From assembly GCF_006345805.1 (NCBI RefSeq), contig NC_043011.1, forward strand, positions 2,790,001-2,854,000: a DNA stretch of 64,000 nucleotides. Direction: 5' to 3'. The stretch comes from Octopus sinensis (Eukaryota). The translations under genes were made by a program, and so were the position numbers. The stretch's first letter is position 1, and each line of letters starts with the position of its first letter. Below are positions 1 to 13,052 of the stretch, one piece after another. Below the pieces are notes generated by a model that was not told the DNA's origin, did no database searches, and saw only the letters and a program-made list of their open reading frames with translations.

Positions 1-217
1 AGATGGCAGAAATCCTTTGGGCATATGGAAACATAAACAAGGTTTGCACAAAAAGAAACAAAACTTTTTAAATAACCCAGCAACCATCTGGTACAGTGTG
101 TTCATGATTGCCATGTTACATATGTGTGACCTTGATCTTTTAGTTAAATAATAACCACATCAGACAGTTATCACTTTATATCTGTCAGATTAAGTACTTA
201 TCTAGTGCTCTTGACAG

Positions 218-263
218 ATTTTCACAAATTGAACTACGAAGAATTTGGATGTGTAATGTATGG
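218..263 (+). CDS. Candidate 46-nt coding exon of an unidentified host gene (reads xDFHKLNYEEFGCVMYG; another frame, FSQIELRRIWMCNVW, is also open)
   Basis: Flanked by tgctcttgacAG and GTatga; no homology recognised. Confidence 0.3.
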
Positions 264-743
264 GTATGAAGATTTTTTTCAAATTGAGTAACACGTTTAC
301 AGAAATTTTTATTTATATAGCAACAAGCCTATGGGAAGATTCTTTGAACTGTAAACAGATGTCATGAGAGCAATCCCACCATTTCAAATTAGGAAGAATA
401 TCCACTGACTACAATTCCATATCTTTAAAAAACCACCCCAAGTAACTAGAAACATTTTCAATTTTTCTTTCAAAAGTTTAGCACAAACTTTTTTCTAATC
501 TGACTGTTTCTAAAATTCTCCCAAAATACTTCGTTGAAAACTTCAAAAACAGTCAGAGAAAGTATATACTATGATCTATAAAATAGAAAGAGTTTATAGA
601 TCACAGTATATACTTTTGCTGATTGTTTCTAAAGTCTCCAAAGAATACTTCTTTGGAAATTTTCGAAACATTCAGAAGGAAAAAGTTGGTTCTAAAATTT
701 TGAAAGGAAAATTGAGGCTGTTTCTAGATACTAGAATAATTTT

Positions 744-1090
744 ATGCTACATATTCTGACAGATGAACAAAAACAGAAGTAAATCACATTGACTCAGGAA
801 CTGTTTGATTATTTGAATGACAATAAGAACTTTCTGCAAGGAGTCACAAAAGATGACGTGTGAGTGTACAGCTATAATGTTAAAACAAAATAGCAGTAGG
901 TGTAGTGAGTTAGATCATTGTAGACACAATCAAAGACAGTACATTGGAATTACTCAAATGTGAAGGTGATTGTCCTTTTTGATATGAATAGTATCATTCA
1001 TCAAAAGTTTGTTCCAAATTGATCAGGTGATCAATAAAGAGTTTTACTTGTCCTAAAGCATTTGAAAGAGGTTCTATGAAGAAGAAACTT
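744..1090 (+). mobile_element. Degenerate mariner transposase fragment
   Basis: Translates with stops and frameshifts to LHILTDEQKQ...NFLQGVTKDDV*VYSYNVKTK and SNVKVIVLFDMNSIIHQKFVP...QVINKEFYL, matching the mariner DD34D first-aspartate region. Confidence 0.75.
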
Positions 1091-1523
1091 AAAACTCAGA
1101 CAGATATAACCTAGAGGCTGTAACACAGTCTGTTCATTTGAATTAAATTTCTCTTTGAATTAGTTAATCTAGAATTTAAAATTTTCAATAAAGATTGTTG
1201 TAATTTCAAATGATTATCAAACAAACTATTTAGTTTTATCTTGATTTTTATATCAGTCTTATTCCATCCTAAAACTGTCGTAAAGTAGACAGACATAGAA
1301 TAGAAAAGGTTAATTGAACAATTAACCTCATCTTTGGTATTCTTAGCTCTGTGTCACATCTAATCATTTACAAGGCTTATATGTTCTAAATATACTGAAA
1401 TTTACTGCCATTAAATTCCCTAAAACCATTGCTTTAAACCCCTTTCACCAATGTTCTTATATCAGATGTTAATTTTAGCAGTATTTAAAATTATTCTATC
1501 AAACTTTTCTTTATACCTAACAG

Positions 1524-1680
1524 AATACAACAGATTGAACAAAATTCAAATTTGAAGAGACTCAACGTCATTGGCAACCTAATGAGTCAAGACAGAACCA
1601 AAATGGAAGTTATATTAATATACAATAAAATCGATAAAAATAATTCTTTAAAAGATTTGACTCGTTAGAATGCATCTGAA
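1524..1680 (+). CDS. Candidate terminal exon (IQQIEQNSNLKRLNVIGNLMSQ...LECI*), weakly LRR-like
   Basis: Pyrimidine-rich acceptor ttttctttatacctaacAG; 51 open codons; phase compatible with exon 218-263. Confidence 0.2.
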
Positions 1681-2140
1681 ATTACTGATAACAATAGAGA
1701 AGCCTTTATATTAAGTGTAGGTAGCCTGCAGCCCTCAGACTGACTGTAGCCTGTGTAATACCATGTTTAAACAAATAACATTTTACTAAAATTTTCTAAT
1801 ATTTAGGTCCAAAACTAATATATTTTTATGATTTATATAATGTAATTGATAATGTATTCTGTATTAAATGTGAAGTCTGTTAAATTTTTATTTTTATTTT
1901 AGCGGAAAAGGTATTTTCATGATGAGTAATATTTCATAAGGTATACTTTTTGAGAAAATTTCCCATGCATTTCTAAATTTTCAGTCAATTAGGTTGGAAT
2001 AAACTGACAAATTTCACCCAAAGATGACCCCTTTAAACTCTGTAGTCTCTGATATGGAAAGCCTGTTTAACTAAGGCTGATTAAGGCTAAACAACTAATA
2101 TTGTACTGTACAATATTTCTCTTTCTGTTTCATCTGTATA

Positions 2141-2523
2141 GGCGCAGGAGTGGCTGTGTGGTAAGTAGCTTGCTAACCAACCACATGGTTCCGGGTTCAG
2201 TCTCACTGCATGGCATCTTGGGCAAGTGTCTTCTGCTATAGCCCCGGGCCGACCAATGCCTTGTGAGTGGATTTGGTAGACGGAAACTGAAAGAAGCCTG
2301 TCGTATATATATGTGTGTCTGTGTTTGTCCCCCTAGCATTGCTTGACAACCGATGCTGGTGTGTTTACGTCCCCGTCACTTAGTGGTTCGGCAAAAAGAG
2401 ACCGATAGAATAAGTAGTGGGCTTACAAAGAATAAGTCTCGGGGTCGATTTGCTCGACTAAAAAGGCAGTGCTCCAGCATGGCCACAGTCAAATGACTGA
2501 AGCAAGTAAAAGAGTAAAAGAGT
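2141..2523 (+). mobile_element. SINE family A (tRNA-derived head, CORE-like segment, internal microsatellite, (AGTAAAAG)n tail), full length
   Basis: A-box TGGCTGTGTGG, B-box GGTTCAGTC, cttgggcaagtgtctt resembling the CORE domain; near-identical to about 10 other copies in the window. Confidence 0.9.
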
Positions 2524-3156
2524 ATAGTAGATGTGGGAATGGGTAGGGTACCATATAAAAAAACTTAGTGGATTTAGTAACATTTGTTTCATTCATTCCA
2601 GGACCAATACAATCCTTAATGCTACAACCCTTAACGGTAGCAGTTTTTCTTTTATCTTTTAGTATGGAGGAAAGGTAGTGCCCATAATGTGTTATGGAGC
2701 CTCCAAGATAGGTGGCAGGGAGGGAGTTATACTCAAACCAGAAACCTATCCCAAGTACTTGCAATGGACTGGAGTCTGCTACATGTGCCCTAGATGCCAG
2801 GTGGTGGTATTAAACAAAGGTGACAGGCAAAGTCTAGGAACCCATGCAAACCATGGCACGATTTATACTCAGAATGCAAAGAGCCAGCCATACCACCATC
2901 TTGGACTGGTACTATTTTATTAACCTTGAAAAGATGAAAGGCAAAGTTGAACTTGGTGGTGTTTGAATTCAGAGTGCTGTGGGCTGGAAGTAATATTGTG
3001 AAACATTCTGACTATCGCTCGAATTACTTTGTAGAATGCAGTATTCGTCCAAAACTGAAAAGATCTAAAAATGCTGGAGAAGTAAAGGATAATAAGCTAT
3101 AGGTGATTCAGAATTCAATCCCATGGCATGGCGTTTTAAGCAAGGTATTCTTCATT

Positions 3157-3389
3157 TAAGGCAGCGAGCTGGCAGAAACGTTAGCACGCCGGGCAAAATG
3201 CGTAGCAGTATTTCATCTGTCGTTACGTTGCGAGTTCAAATTCCGCCGAGGTCGACTTTGCGTTTCATCCTTTCGGGGTCGATAAATTAAGTATCAGTTA
3301 CGCACTGGGGTAGCTGTAATCGACTTAATACCTATGTCTGTCCTTGTTTGGCCCCTCTATGTTTAACCCCTTGTGGGTAATAAAGAAAT
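3157..3389 (+). mobile_element. SINE family B, tail-1 type
   Basis: tRNA-like head (tggcagaaacg...gagttcaaattcc); TSD aggtat(t/g)cttcatt at 3143-3156 and 3390-3403. Confidence 0.9.
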
Positions 3390-3584
3390 AGGTATGCTTC
3401 ATTGCCTTCATTTGTTCAATAACACAAATTTAGTCCCACGGCTTTGAACTTTGAATAAGTACTTTCTGCACTAGCTCCATACCAACCAATTCCTTGTGAG
3501 GGAATTTAGTTGAATGAAAAAAGTGTATGTGTATGTATGTATATAAATGAATGTATGTATATTCATGTGTGTATATTTTAATTT

Positions 3585-3996
3585 CTCTTTTACTCTTTTA
3601 CTTGTTTCAGTCATTTGAGTGCAGCCATGCTGGAGCACCACCTTTAATCGAGCCAACTCGACCCCGGGACTTATTCTTTTGTAAGCCTAGTACTTATTCT
3701 ATCGGTCTCTTTTGCCAAACTGCTAAGTAACGGGGACATAAACACACCAGCTTCGGTTGTCAAGCAATGCTAGGTTGACAAACACAGACACACAAACACA
3801 CACACGCATATATATATATATATATATACATATATACGACGGACTTCTTTCAGTTTTCGTCTGCCAAATCCACTCACAAGGCTTTGGTCGGCCCAAGGCT
3901 ACAGTAGAAGACACTTGCCCAAGGTGCCACACAGTGGGACTGAACCCAGAACCATGTGGTTGGTAAACAAGCTACTTACCACACAGCCACTCCTGT
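3585..3996 (-). mobile_element. SINE family A, full length
   Basis: Reverse complement of the 2141-2523 element. Confidence 0.9.
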
Positions 3997-4438
3997 ATTG
4001 GTATTTGTATCAGTGTGGAATAAAAATGGATTCAGAGAAGAATACCTTTTGGTATTCATGTTCAGTTGAATTATCTCCCTCATGGCTGTTTCTACATTGC
4101 ATTTGTGTATCTTACGAGAACAAGATAATAAATCCTGTTGTCGATGTAATATAATTGACAAATATCCTTGAAGATGGTACCCCAGCATGACTGCAATCCA
4201 ATGACTGAAGCCAGTAAAAGAAGCACAACACTGAAAAAGGAAATAAATGCACTTCTTTGATTCTTTTACCTATTGTTATCTATGGCACTATATTGCCTAT
4301 TCATTCAACATCTAATTATTTTTTTCCCCTTCCAATGTCCTTTCTTATATTTGGTTTATGAGAGAAATCTTGAGAAAGACAGTTAAGGATAAGAAAATTA
4401 TATTTTCCGTTTTGTCTAAGTTCAATATTTCTTTACGG

Positions 4439-4851
4439 CTCTTTTTACTCTTTTACTCTTTTACTTGTTTCAGTCATTTGACTGCGGCCATGCTGGAGCA
4501 CTGCCTTTAGTCGAGCAAATTGACCCCGGGACTTATTCTTTGTAAGCCCAGTACTTATTCATTGGTCTCTTTTGCTGAACCGCTAAGTGACGAGGACGTA
4601 AACACACCAGCATCGATTGTCAAGCAATGCTAGGGGGACAAACACAGACACACAAACACCCGCACATACATATATATTTACATATATACGACAGGCTTCT
4701 TTCGGTTTCTGTCTACCAAATCCACTCACAAGGCATTGGTCGGCCCGGGGCTATAGCAGAAGACACTTGTCCAAGATGCCATGCAGTGGGACTGAACCCG
4801 TAACCATGTGGCTGGTTAGCAAGCTACTTACCACACAGTCACTCCTGCGCC
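4439..4851 (-). mobile_element. SINE family A, full length
   Basis: Reverse complement of the 2141-2523 element. Confidence 0.9.
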
Positions 4852-5167
4852 TTTTTGTCTTAAAGGTTTTTAACTGTTCTGAACTAGATTTCTGTAATGT
4901 AATATTTTTGACAACCATATGAAATAATCAGTACTGGTTTTGTTCTTTCTTTCTCTGTCCCCTCTATCAGTCTCTCTTCCTCCTCTCTCACTCTTTCACT
5001 CACTTTCTCTCTCTCTCTGTCCTCTTTATTGTATCTGCCTGTCTGTAAGCAACTCATAAACAAACACCAACACAGAGTTAGAGATACAGAGATTTAAACA
5101 GAACAGAAGTTTGAGGTTTTGTTGAAATTGAATTGCATCAGACATGTGTTTGTAAGACATCAATGCT

Positions 5168-5224
5168 TGCATATATATATATATATATATATATGTTTAT
5201 ATATATGTATATATATATGTGTAT

Positions 5225-5271
<47 letters not shown>

Positions 5272-5390
5272 TTATATATATATATACATATATATATATT
5301 ATGTATATATGTATATTTATGTATATGAGTGTGTATATGTACATATGTATATGTATATATAAATATATGAATATATTTATGTATATACAG

Positions 5391-5430
<40 letters not shown>
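5168..5430. repeat. Compound (TA)n/(CA)n microsatellite, representative of many (e.g. 6250-6360, 8186-8520, 21895-22082, 27290-27830, 34925-35150, 39245-39405, 40075-40490, 41657-41720, 47893-48020, 60405-60537)
   Basis: Direct inspection. Confidence 0.95.
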
Positions 5431-6079
5431 TGGCTTACAACACATATACCCACATTTTCTCATCTCAGTTCAAAATTTTTTAAGATGTCACTTCTTATTT
5501 GTTTTCCTTTTCCTCATTAATGATAAAAGAAACTATTTAAAGATTTATGGAAATATGATTTAAAAAATTAATTAAATATTTCTTAGGTTTTCAAATCTAG
5601 TTTGATGTGTTTTAATTGATGCTATAACGAATTAATCTGAGTCTGCTAGATAAGATTTGGTGTCTGCCTGTTTTTTTATCTTCCTTTCTATTACATTTTC
5701 CACCTCTGTCTCTCTTTCTCTCATTCTTTCTTTCTCGCTCTCTCTTTCTTTCTCTCTCTTTCACCCTTTCACTCTCTCTTTCTCTTTTTATAAATTGATT
5801 CTTTTGCTGCTTTCAACCACTTACCTATTTATCATTTAATATGTGTATTTGTGTGTGCCTAAATGCATACACACACAGCCACACACACACGCACATGCAC
5901 ACACATGCACACACACACACATGCACACAGATATGTGAAGTCTGTTGTACAACTACTTGATTGTGGTTTCAATCCTGCTGTGCGGCACCCCAAACAAGTA
6001 TTTTCTACGATAACCTCAGGACAGTTAAAACCTTGTGAATGGATTTGATACATAGAAACTAAAATGAAGCCCATCATAT

Positions 6080-6114
<35 letters not shown>

Positions 6115-6807
6115 TTGACTTCCATTTTCCATTCTGGTATGGGCAGGATCATTTGGTAACTGGTGAGCTACAGGGCTGTGTCAAGCTCCTTGCTGGTACC
6201 ATAGACAGATAGACAATCAGAGAGAGTCATATCATATATGTGTATATAAAGATGTATGTATGTATGTATGTATGTATGTATGTATGTATGTATGTATGTA
6301 TGTATGTATGTATGTGTGTATGTATGTGTGTGTGTATGTGGGCATACATGTGTGTGTGTTTGTTTATGCATGCAACCACACGTATGAAAGTTTCATGTAG
6401 TGTTGACATCTTCACTTGTCCTGATGATAAATTGTCTGTTTGCTTCATGCCTTTGAAAGCATGCAGTATATGGAGATCTCTTATTTGAGAGACAGGTAAT
6501 GGCCAGCTTCAGGAAGGGCGTACATACATATATATATATATAAGGTTTATTCAAAGCAATGAATAGCTTATGACGAAACCATGGTATGTTTTGTTTTCTG
6601 ACTTTATAATCATCTCATAATAATGACTTTTATGACTTTTATTACAACCTCAGTCCATCTAAATGTATACATCTGTTGTTAACTGTCATGAAAAGTTGTT
6701 TTTTTTATTTACAATGTGCATTTTCGTTGATTTTTCATATTTTCCCCTTACATTTCCACGTATAGTTTCTATTTTCTTTTTGTAACATATTTCTACTATA
6801 TATAATA

Positions 6808-6838
<31 letters not shown>

Positions 6839-6843
<5 letters not shown>

Positions 6844-7172
6844 ATGCTAACAGGGGTTATATACACACACATACATACATACATAAACATACATATATAC
6901 TACACATTCACATACATATATACATACAAACACACATACATACATACATAAACACACATATATACTACACATTCACATACATACATATATACATACAAAC
7001 ACACATACATAAATACGTACATACACACACACATACATACATACATATGTACATACATATAAGCATGCATACATACATTTTTTTTATGGCTGCCCCCTCG
7101 TTATCGAGTATGGCCATTGCACGAAGCTTAACTGTTACTGGTGCTGTGATTGAATGTATATATATATACATT

Positions 7173-7230
<58 letters not shown>

Positions 7231-7615
7231 GTATGTAAGGTCTTAGTTGCCAATTTTGTACAAGACATTGCAGATCTTTAGCTGGGCTAAAAAGTCACAT
7301 TCAATCACAGCACCAGTAACAGTTAAGCTTCGTGCAATGGCCATACTCGATAACGAGGGGGCAGCCATAAAAAAAATGTATGTATGCATGCTTATATGTA
7401 TGTACATATGTATGTATGTATGTGTGTGTGTATGTACGTATTTATGTATGTGTGTTTGTATGTATATATGTATGTATGTGAATGTGTAGTATATATGTGT
7501 GTTTATGTATGTATGTATGTGTGTTTGTATGTATATATGTATGTGAATGTGTAGTATATATGTATGTTTATGTATGTATGTATGTGTGTGTATATAACCC
7601 CTGTTAGCATGGACA
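6839..7615. repeat. 319-bp inverted repeat (arms 6839-7157 and 7297-7615, 139-bp spacer), no mismatch seen by eye
   Basis: tgtccatgctaacagggg...gtgattgaatgt is mirrored by acattcaatcac...cccctgttagcatggaca, including irregular microsatellite units and the T8/A8 run. Confidence 0.9.
7238..7376 (+). mobile_element. 3' end of an RTE-clade LINE (family R1), 5'-truncated
   Basis: Encodes GLSCQFCTRHCRSLAGLKSHIQSQHQ* (terminal C2H2-type finger), then a short 3' UTR with hairpin ctcgataacgag and an A-rich tail; (TATG)n on both sides. Confidence 0.7.
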
Positions 7616-7995
7616 ATCTTTACGATTATGTAACATCCAATATGTGGCCTCTAAACTCACCAGATTTGAATCCCATGTACTACTACGCGTGGAGTGCTGT
7701 TTGAAAGAGAGACTAATCATCATCTTTATAATACCATATAATACCATATAATTATAAATGATGATGATGACGATGATGATTTATCAAGATGGTAAATTGG
7801 CAGTGTTCTTAGAACATTGAATAGATTGATTTGTGGTATTCATTCTGTCTCTGTGCTCTGATGTCTACCTTTGCACACTTCTCTGCTGGTTCAACTACAG
7901 CTATGGTTAACGTTTTCTGTCATCGTTTTTTTTTTTTTTTGGTATCAGTAAAATTAGCATCAGTTTTTATCCTGGAGTTATATTTTCTCTTTCAT

Positions 7996-8033
<38 letters not shown>

Positions 8034-8673
8034 CTGTCTCTCTTCTCTTTCTCTCTCTCCCTCTCTAGAAGGAAGTTGATATGATGAGATCTAGAGTTGG
8101 ATGGGCTTTGCCAGTTCTAGGTTTGCCCAAGACATAACATGTCACAATGGTACCTTTGTCTGAGACTGTCAGAATTTGAGGTTTCTCGGCAAGGCATGTA
8201 TGTATGTATGTATGTATGTATGTATGTGTGTGTGTATGTATGTATGTATGTATGTAGTATGTATGTATGTATGTATGTATGTATGTATGTATGTATGTAG
8301 GCATATATGTATATATATGTATGTACATACGTATGTATATATGTGTGTACCTATTTATGTATGTGTATTTGTATGTATATATGTATGTATGTGAATGTGT
8401 AGTATGTATGTGTGTTTATGTATGTATATGTGTATATATATGTATGTATATCTGTCTGTATGTATGTGAGAGAGTGAGTGTGTGCATTTGTGTGTGTGTG
8501 TGTGTGTGTGTGAGTGTATGAGTCTGTGTATGCATGTTTTGAGTTTTATCCTTTGCAGAATTCAAGCCAATCATTGATCAAGTGTCAAGGCTCTTTTACT
8601 TAAGTAAAGAACTATGTTAAGGGATCTGGTTATCCTTATTGGTTTGTGTGCAAATGGCAGCCTTCAGTAATGC

Positions 8674-9543
8674 TATGGTATTATAAAGATGATGATTAGT
8701 CTCTCTTTCAAACAGCACTCCACGCGTAGTAGTACATGGGATTCAAATCTGGTGAGTTTGGAGGCCACATATTGGATGTTACATAATCGTAAAGATTGTC
8801 TGACAACAATTCTTGGGTGTTGAGGTTTTGTGAGAAGGTGCTGGGTCTTGTTGAAACACGTATGGCCTTCCATTGCTTACTTCATCAATCCAGTGCTTGA
8901 TAACAGCTTCTGGTACCTCAATGTATCCAGCAGCAGAAAAAAGTGGGGAGGCATCACATGACCTTTGCTACTCACCACTCCTAAAACCATCACAGTTGCT
9001 GGAAATTTTGTGTGCATCACACTGGATACTTCAGAAGGGATCTGCACATGACCACCTGTCATTTCTTCTGTTAGACTTTTGATCCTGGTCAAAGTTTTTA
9101 TCAGAGAAAGATCAAAGCATACCATTCACTTTGTTAAGTAACCATTTTGAACAGATGAGACAGTTTATCTGTGTCTTTGCAGACACGAATTGGCCTTTCC
9201 CTATTACATAGGACTTGTATTGAATGTCACGATGTACCACAAATCTGCTAGTTCACTCTGACACCTGAAGTTCTTTAGCAATGGACCTCATTGATATACT
9301 GGGATTTTCATCGATAATGTTTTGAACACATTGTATTCCAGTGTCCTTTTAGTGTCTGTGCATTGTGAGTGTTTTTCCCTCTTTGATACAGGTGAAACAT
9401 TACTGTCACATACCTCCAATTCCAACCGAACTTTGCGTACAAATGATCTTTCATGATTTAGAAAGTTGCTAATTTCTAAATCACTTTTGGTTTGCATGTA
9501 TAACAACTATGACAGCAAGTCTTTCCATTTCTTGAGTTAGCAT
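8674..9543 (-). mobile_element. Degenerate maT/DD37D-type Tc1/mariner transposase
   Basis: MLTQEMERLAVIV..., PSEVSSVMHTKFPATVMVLGVVSSKGHVMPPHFF, GRPYVFQQDPAPSHK, MWPPNSPDLNPMYYYAW. Confidence 0.85.
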
Positions 9544-9587
9544 TATATCTTGAAAGGGTTATCTGAAAAAAAAAAAATTATACATTT

Positions 9588-9756
9588 CTACACTCACGGA
9601 GTGGTTGGCATTAGGAAGGGCATCCAGCTGTAGAAACACTGCCAGATCTGACTGGCCTGGTGCAGCCTTCGGGCTTCCCAGACCTCAGCTGAACCGTCCA
9701 ACCCATGCTAGTATGGAAAGCAGACGTTAAACGATGATGATGATGATGATGATGAT
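9588..9756 (+). mobile_element. 3' UTR fragment of RTE family R2 with (GAT)n tail
   Basis: ggaagggcatccagctgtagaaac...gacgttaaac(gat)n; same sequence as the 54501-55251 copy, which carries the ORF end. Confidence 0.8.
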
Positions 9757-10292
9757 TAAATAATTTGAAGCTGTAATGAACTAAAAAGTAAATGTCCTCA
9801 GATACCCCTTGCACCCTGTATTTATGGGCTTCATTTACTCTCTATCTACCAAGTTACCAACTCAACACATAAGGCTTTGGTAGAACCAGAACTAGAGCAG
9901 AAAATACCTGCCCAAGATGCTACGTAATGTGACTGAACCCAGAATCAATAGGGAAATGAACTTCTTAAACTACAAAGCCATGCCTGTGCCAACATCAACA
10001 ACACACATATATGAATACTAATATAAGTAGATAAAATTCTCCAATGCACTCTTCTTGCCCTTGACATATGCAAAGTTTAACAAATGCTTGTTTGTCTGAT
10101 AAATATCTGTTAAATGTCTTTTGAATAACAAGCCACTCGATAGAAATCTAGGATCAGACCAATAATCTTTTTTTTATCTTAAAAATGACAATATATACTT
10201 ACTGGAGTATTTCAATATGTACAGGTTGAATTTGTGTTTACATACAAGCATGAGAGTATATATTTTTATTGATTTATATTTTTTAACAACAT

Positions 10293-10657
10293 GCACAGGA
10301 GTGGCTGTGTGGTAAGTAGCTTGCTAACCAACCACATGGTTCCGGGTTCAGTCCCACTGCGTGGCATCTTGGGAAAGTGTCTTCTGCCCCGGACCGACCA
10401 ATGCCTTGTGAGTGGATTTGGTAGACGGAAACTGAAAGAAGCCTGTTGTATATATGTAAATATATATGTATGTGTGTGTGAATTTGTGTGTCTGTGTTTG
10501 TCCCCCTAGCATTGCTTGACAACCGATGCTAAAGAGACCGATAGAATAAGTCCTGGGCTTACAAAGAATAAGTCTCGGGGTCGATTTGCTTGACTAAAGG
10601 CGGTGCTCCAGCATGGCCGCAGTCAAATGACTGAAACAAGTAAAAGAGTAAAAGAGT
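10293..10657 (+). mobile_element. SINE family A with a short internal deletion
   Basis: Matches 2141-2523 but lacks ggtgtgtttacgtcccc...ggcaa. Confidence 0.9.
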
Positions 10658-11792
10658 AATAGTAAGCTCTAACTGACTTAATCTCTTCTCTCTACCTGGC
10701 ACTAATTGGTATTCTTCTTTACCCATTCCAATTCCTTTTTATTCCTTTTTTTTTTCTCTACATTCAACCTTGTTGTTATCTAATTCTTCTGCTCTTCGCT
10801 CTCCCAACACATTTACACTATTTCCATTCTGCTACTAACCAAGGACACATAAGAAAAGCTTTTCTCTTTTTCTGATGAAAAACTCAATCTGAAACACCAA
10901 AACATTCTTTCCCAAATAACAAACTTAAAATAACATTGTTTACTTTACAAACATAAACACACACACATCCACACATAATAAATTTTAGAAAAGTGTTCTG
11001 TTTTCCTTTTCTTATTACTGTTTTTTTTTTTACCTTATATTATTTGTTTAGTTTCTTTTTGCCAAAAATTCTATGAAAATAATGTAAAAGAGGAGCATTG
11101 TTAATGTTATCATTCCTTTATCACTTTGAATTTTCAAAAATAATAACGAGGAGATAAAAACTGTTATTAAAAGAAAATAGATGACAGAAAAAGAAAAAAC
11201 TTAAGTGAAAATCTGAAAGCTGTAAAGAAAAACAAATATTCATATCTGAAAGTGGGAACAAATTTGGCTAGTTCTCATTCTCAAAATGTATTAACAATAT
11301 TTGTAATTTATTTGTAAAACTAATTTCAGTAATATAAAAGTTCCTTATGGGCTTTCATTATTGGTCAAATAAGATTACTGTTGCTGTTATCTCATTGACA
11401 AGATCCTAGTAAGAAAACAGTTGAGGTTTACAGATGATATGCTGAATTATTCACTTCATTTCCTTCATATTTGAAACTATCAATTGGAGACTGAAGTTAC
11501 TAAAGAAACATCAATATCACCAGTCTCTGGTGGGTTGGATTCAAAGAAAATTTAGTTGTTATTTATTAGAAATAAATCAACCAGACATATACAACTCCTA
11601 CTTTCCCATTGATTTTCCTATTACGTGAAATTGCATTAAACAAAAGTTAATGGGAAAGTAGGCTCTATTTTCATGAAATTCCATGCTACAGCAACATTTT
11701 CAGGAATGCTATACTTATATGACACAAGCAACGCCCATACATACATACATACATACATACATACATACATACATACATACATACATACATAC

Positions 11793-12115
11793 ATTATTAT
11801 TATTATTATGGCTGCCCCCTCGTTATCGAGTATGGCCATTACACGAAGCTTAACTGTTACTGGTGCTGTGATCGAATGTGACTTTTTAGCCCAGAATGAA
11901 GGATTCAAGGATGCCAAAACAACTCTTTAATGGAGAGTTAGCTAAAGGAAAACGACCTCCACATAAACCAAAAAAGAGGTATAAGGACTTGCTGAAGGCT
12001 TCCTTAAGAGATGCTTGCATCTCTCCTGACACATGGGAAGGCATAGCTATTGATCATAGCAGGTGGAGAAGGATTGTGCATGAGGGGACAGCCACTTTTG
12101 AGAAATCTCGAGTTC
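11793..12115. mobile_element. RTE family R1 insertion with inverted 5' portion (3' end on minus 11793-11894; ORF fragment on plus 11893-12115)
   Basis: Plus part encodes RMKDSRMPKQLFNGELAKGKRPPHKPKKRYKDLLKASL...RWRRIVHEGTATFEKSR (RTE C-terminus); minus part matches 7282-7366. Confidence 0.8.
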
Positions 12116-12185
12116 CACAAACATACATACATACATACATACATACATACATACATACATGCATGCATGCATGCATGCATGCATG

Positions 12186-12221
<36 letters not shown>

Positions 12222-12790
12222 TACATACATACAGACAGACAGACAGATAGATAGATAGATATACATAAACACATTAATGGCACAGTGAAGACTTGTATAA
12301 CATTCCGTAGATTTTGCATCTGAGATTCTTTAGATGGAAAAATGCACACACTTGGATATGTGCATCATATCCAAGAAAACCAACTCAACCACATAACTGC
12401 AAACAGCAGGAACTCTCATATTTTGTTACTTTGTTAGGGACTGGCACTTGAACTCTTTTTTTGAATAGCTTATATAAAACTCAAAGAGAAAAACCATTCA
12501 CGTATATGTAACTATGCAAGAAGAGACATGCACAAACACTCATTTGTGTACGTCCGTATATACAAGCATTTCATCTTTAAACTCTATTCTGTCAGCACCT
12601 CAAATGTAAAATTCTTCCCTGAAGATGGAAGCTGGTCTTATCTGACAATAGAATCAAGTTATAGTAATTATTTTAGACCACCAAGCCCCCAGAAACAGCT
12701 GCTGGATACATAAAACTCTTATTCAACCCCTTTAATTCCTGATATCATCTCTATTCTGTGTAAGTTGGACTTTTTATATGTATACGTATA

Positions 12791-12993
12791 CTCTTTTACT
12801 TGTTTCAGCCATTTGATTGCGGCCATGCTGGAGCACTGCATTTAATTGAGCAACTCAACCCCGGGACTTATTCTTTGCAAGCCTAGTACTTATTCTATCA
12901 TGCCCTTTTGCCGAACTGCTAAGTGACGTGGACATAAACACACCAGCATCGGTTGTCAACACAGGGGACAACCACAGATACACAAACATACAT

Positions 12994-13052
<59 letters not shown>

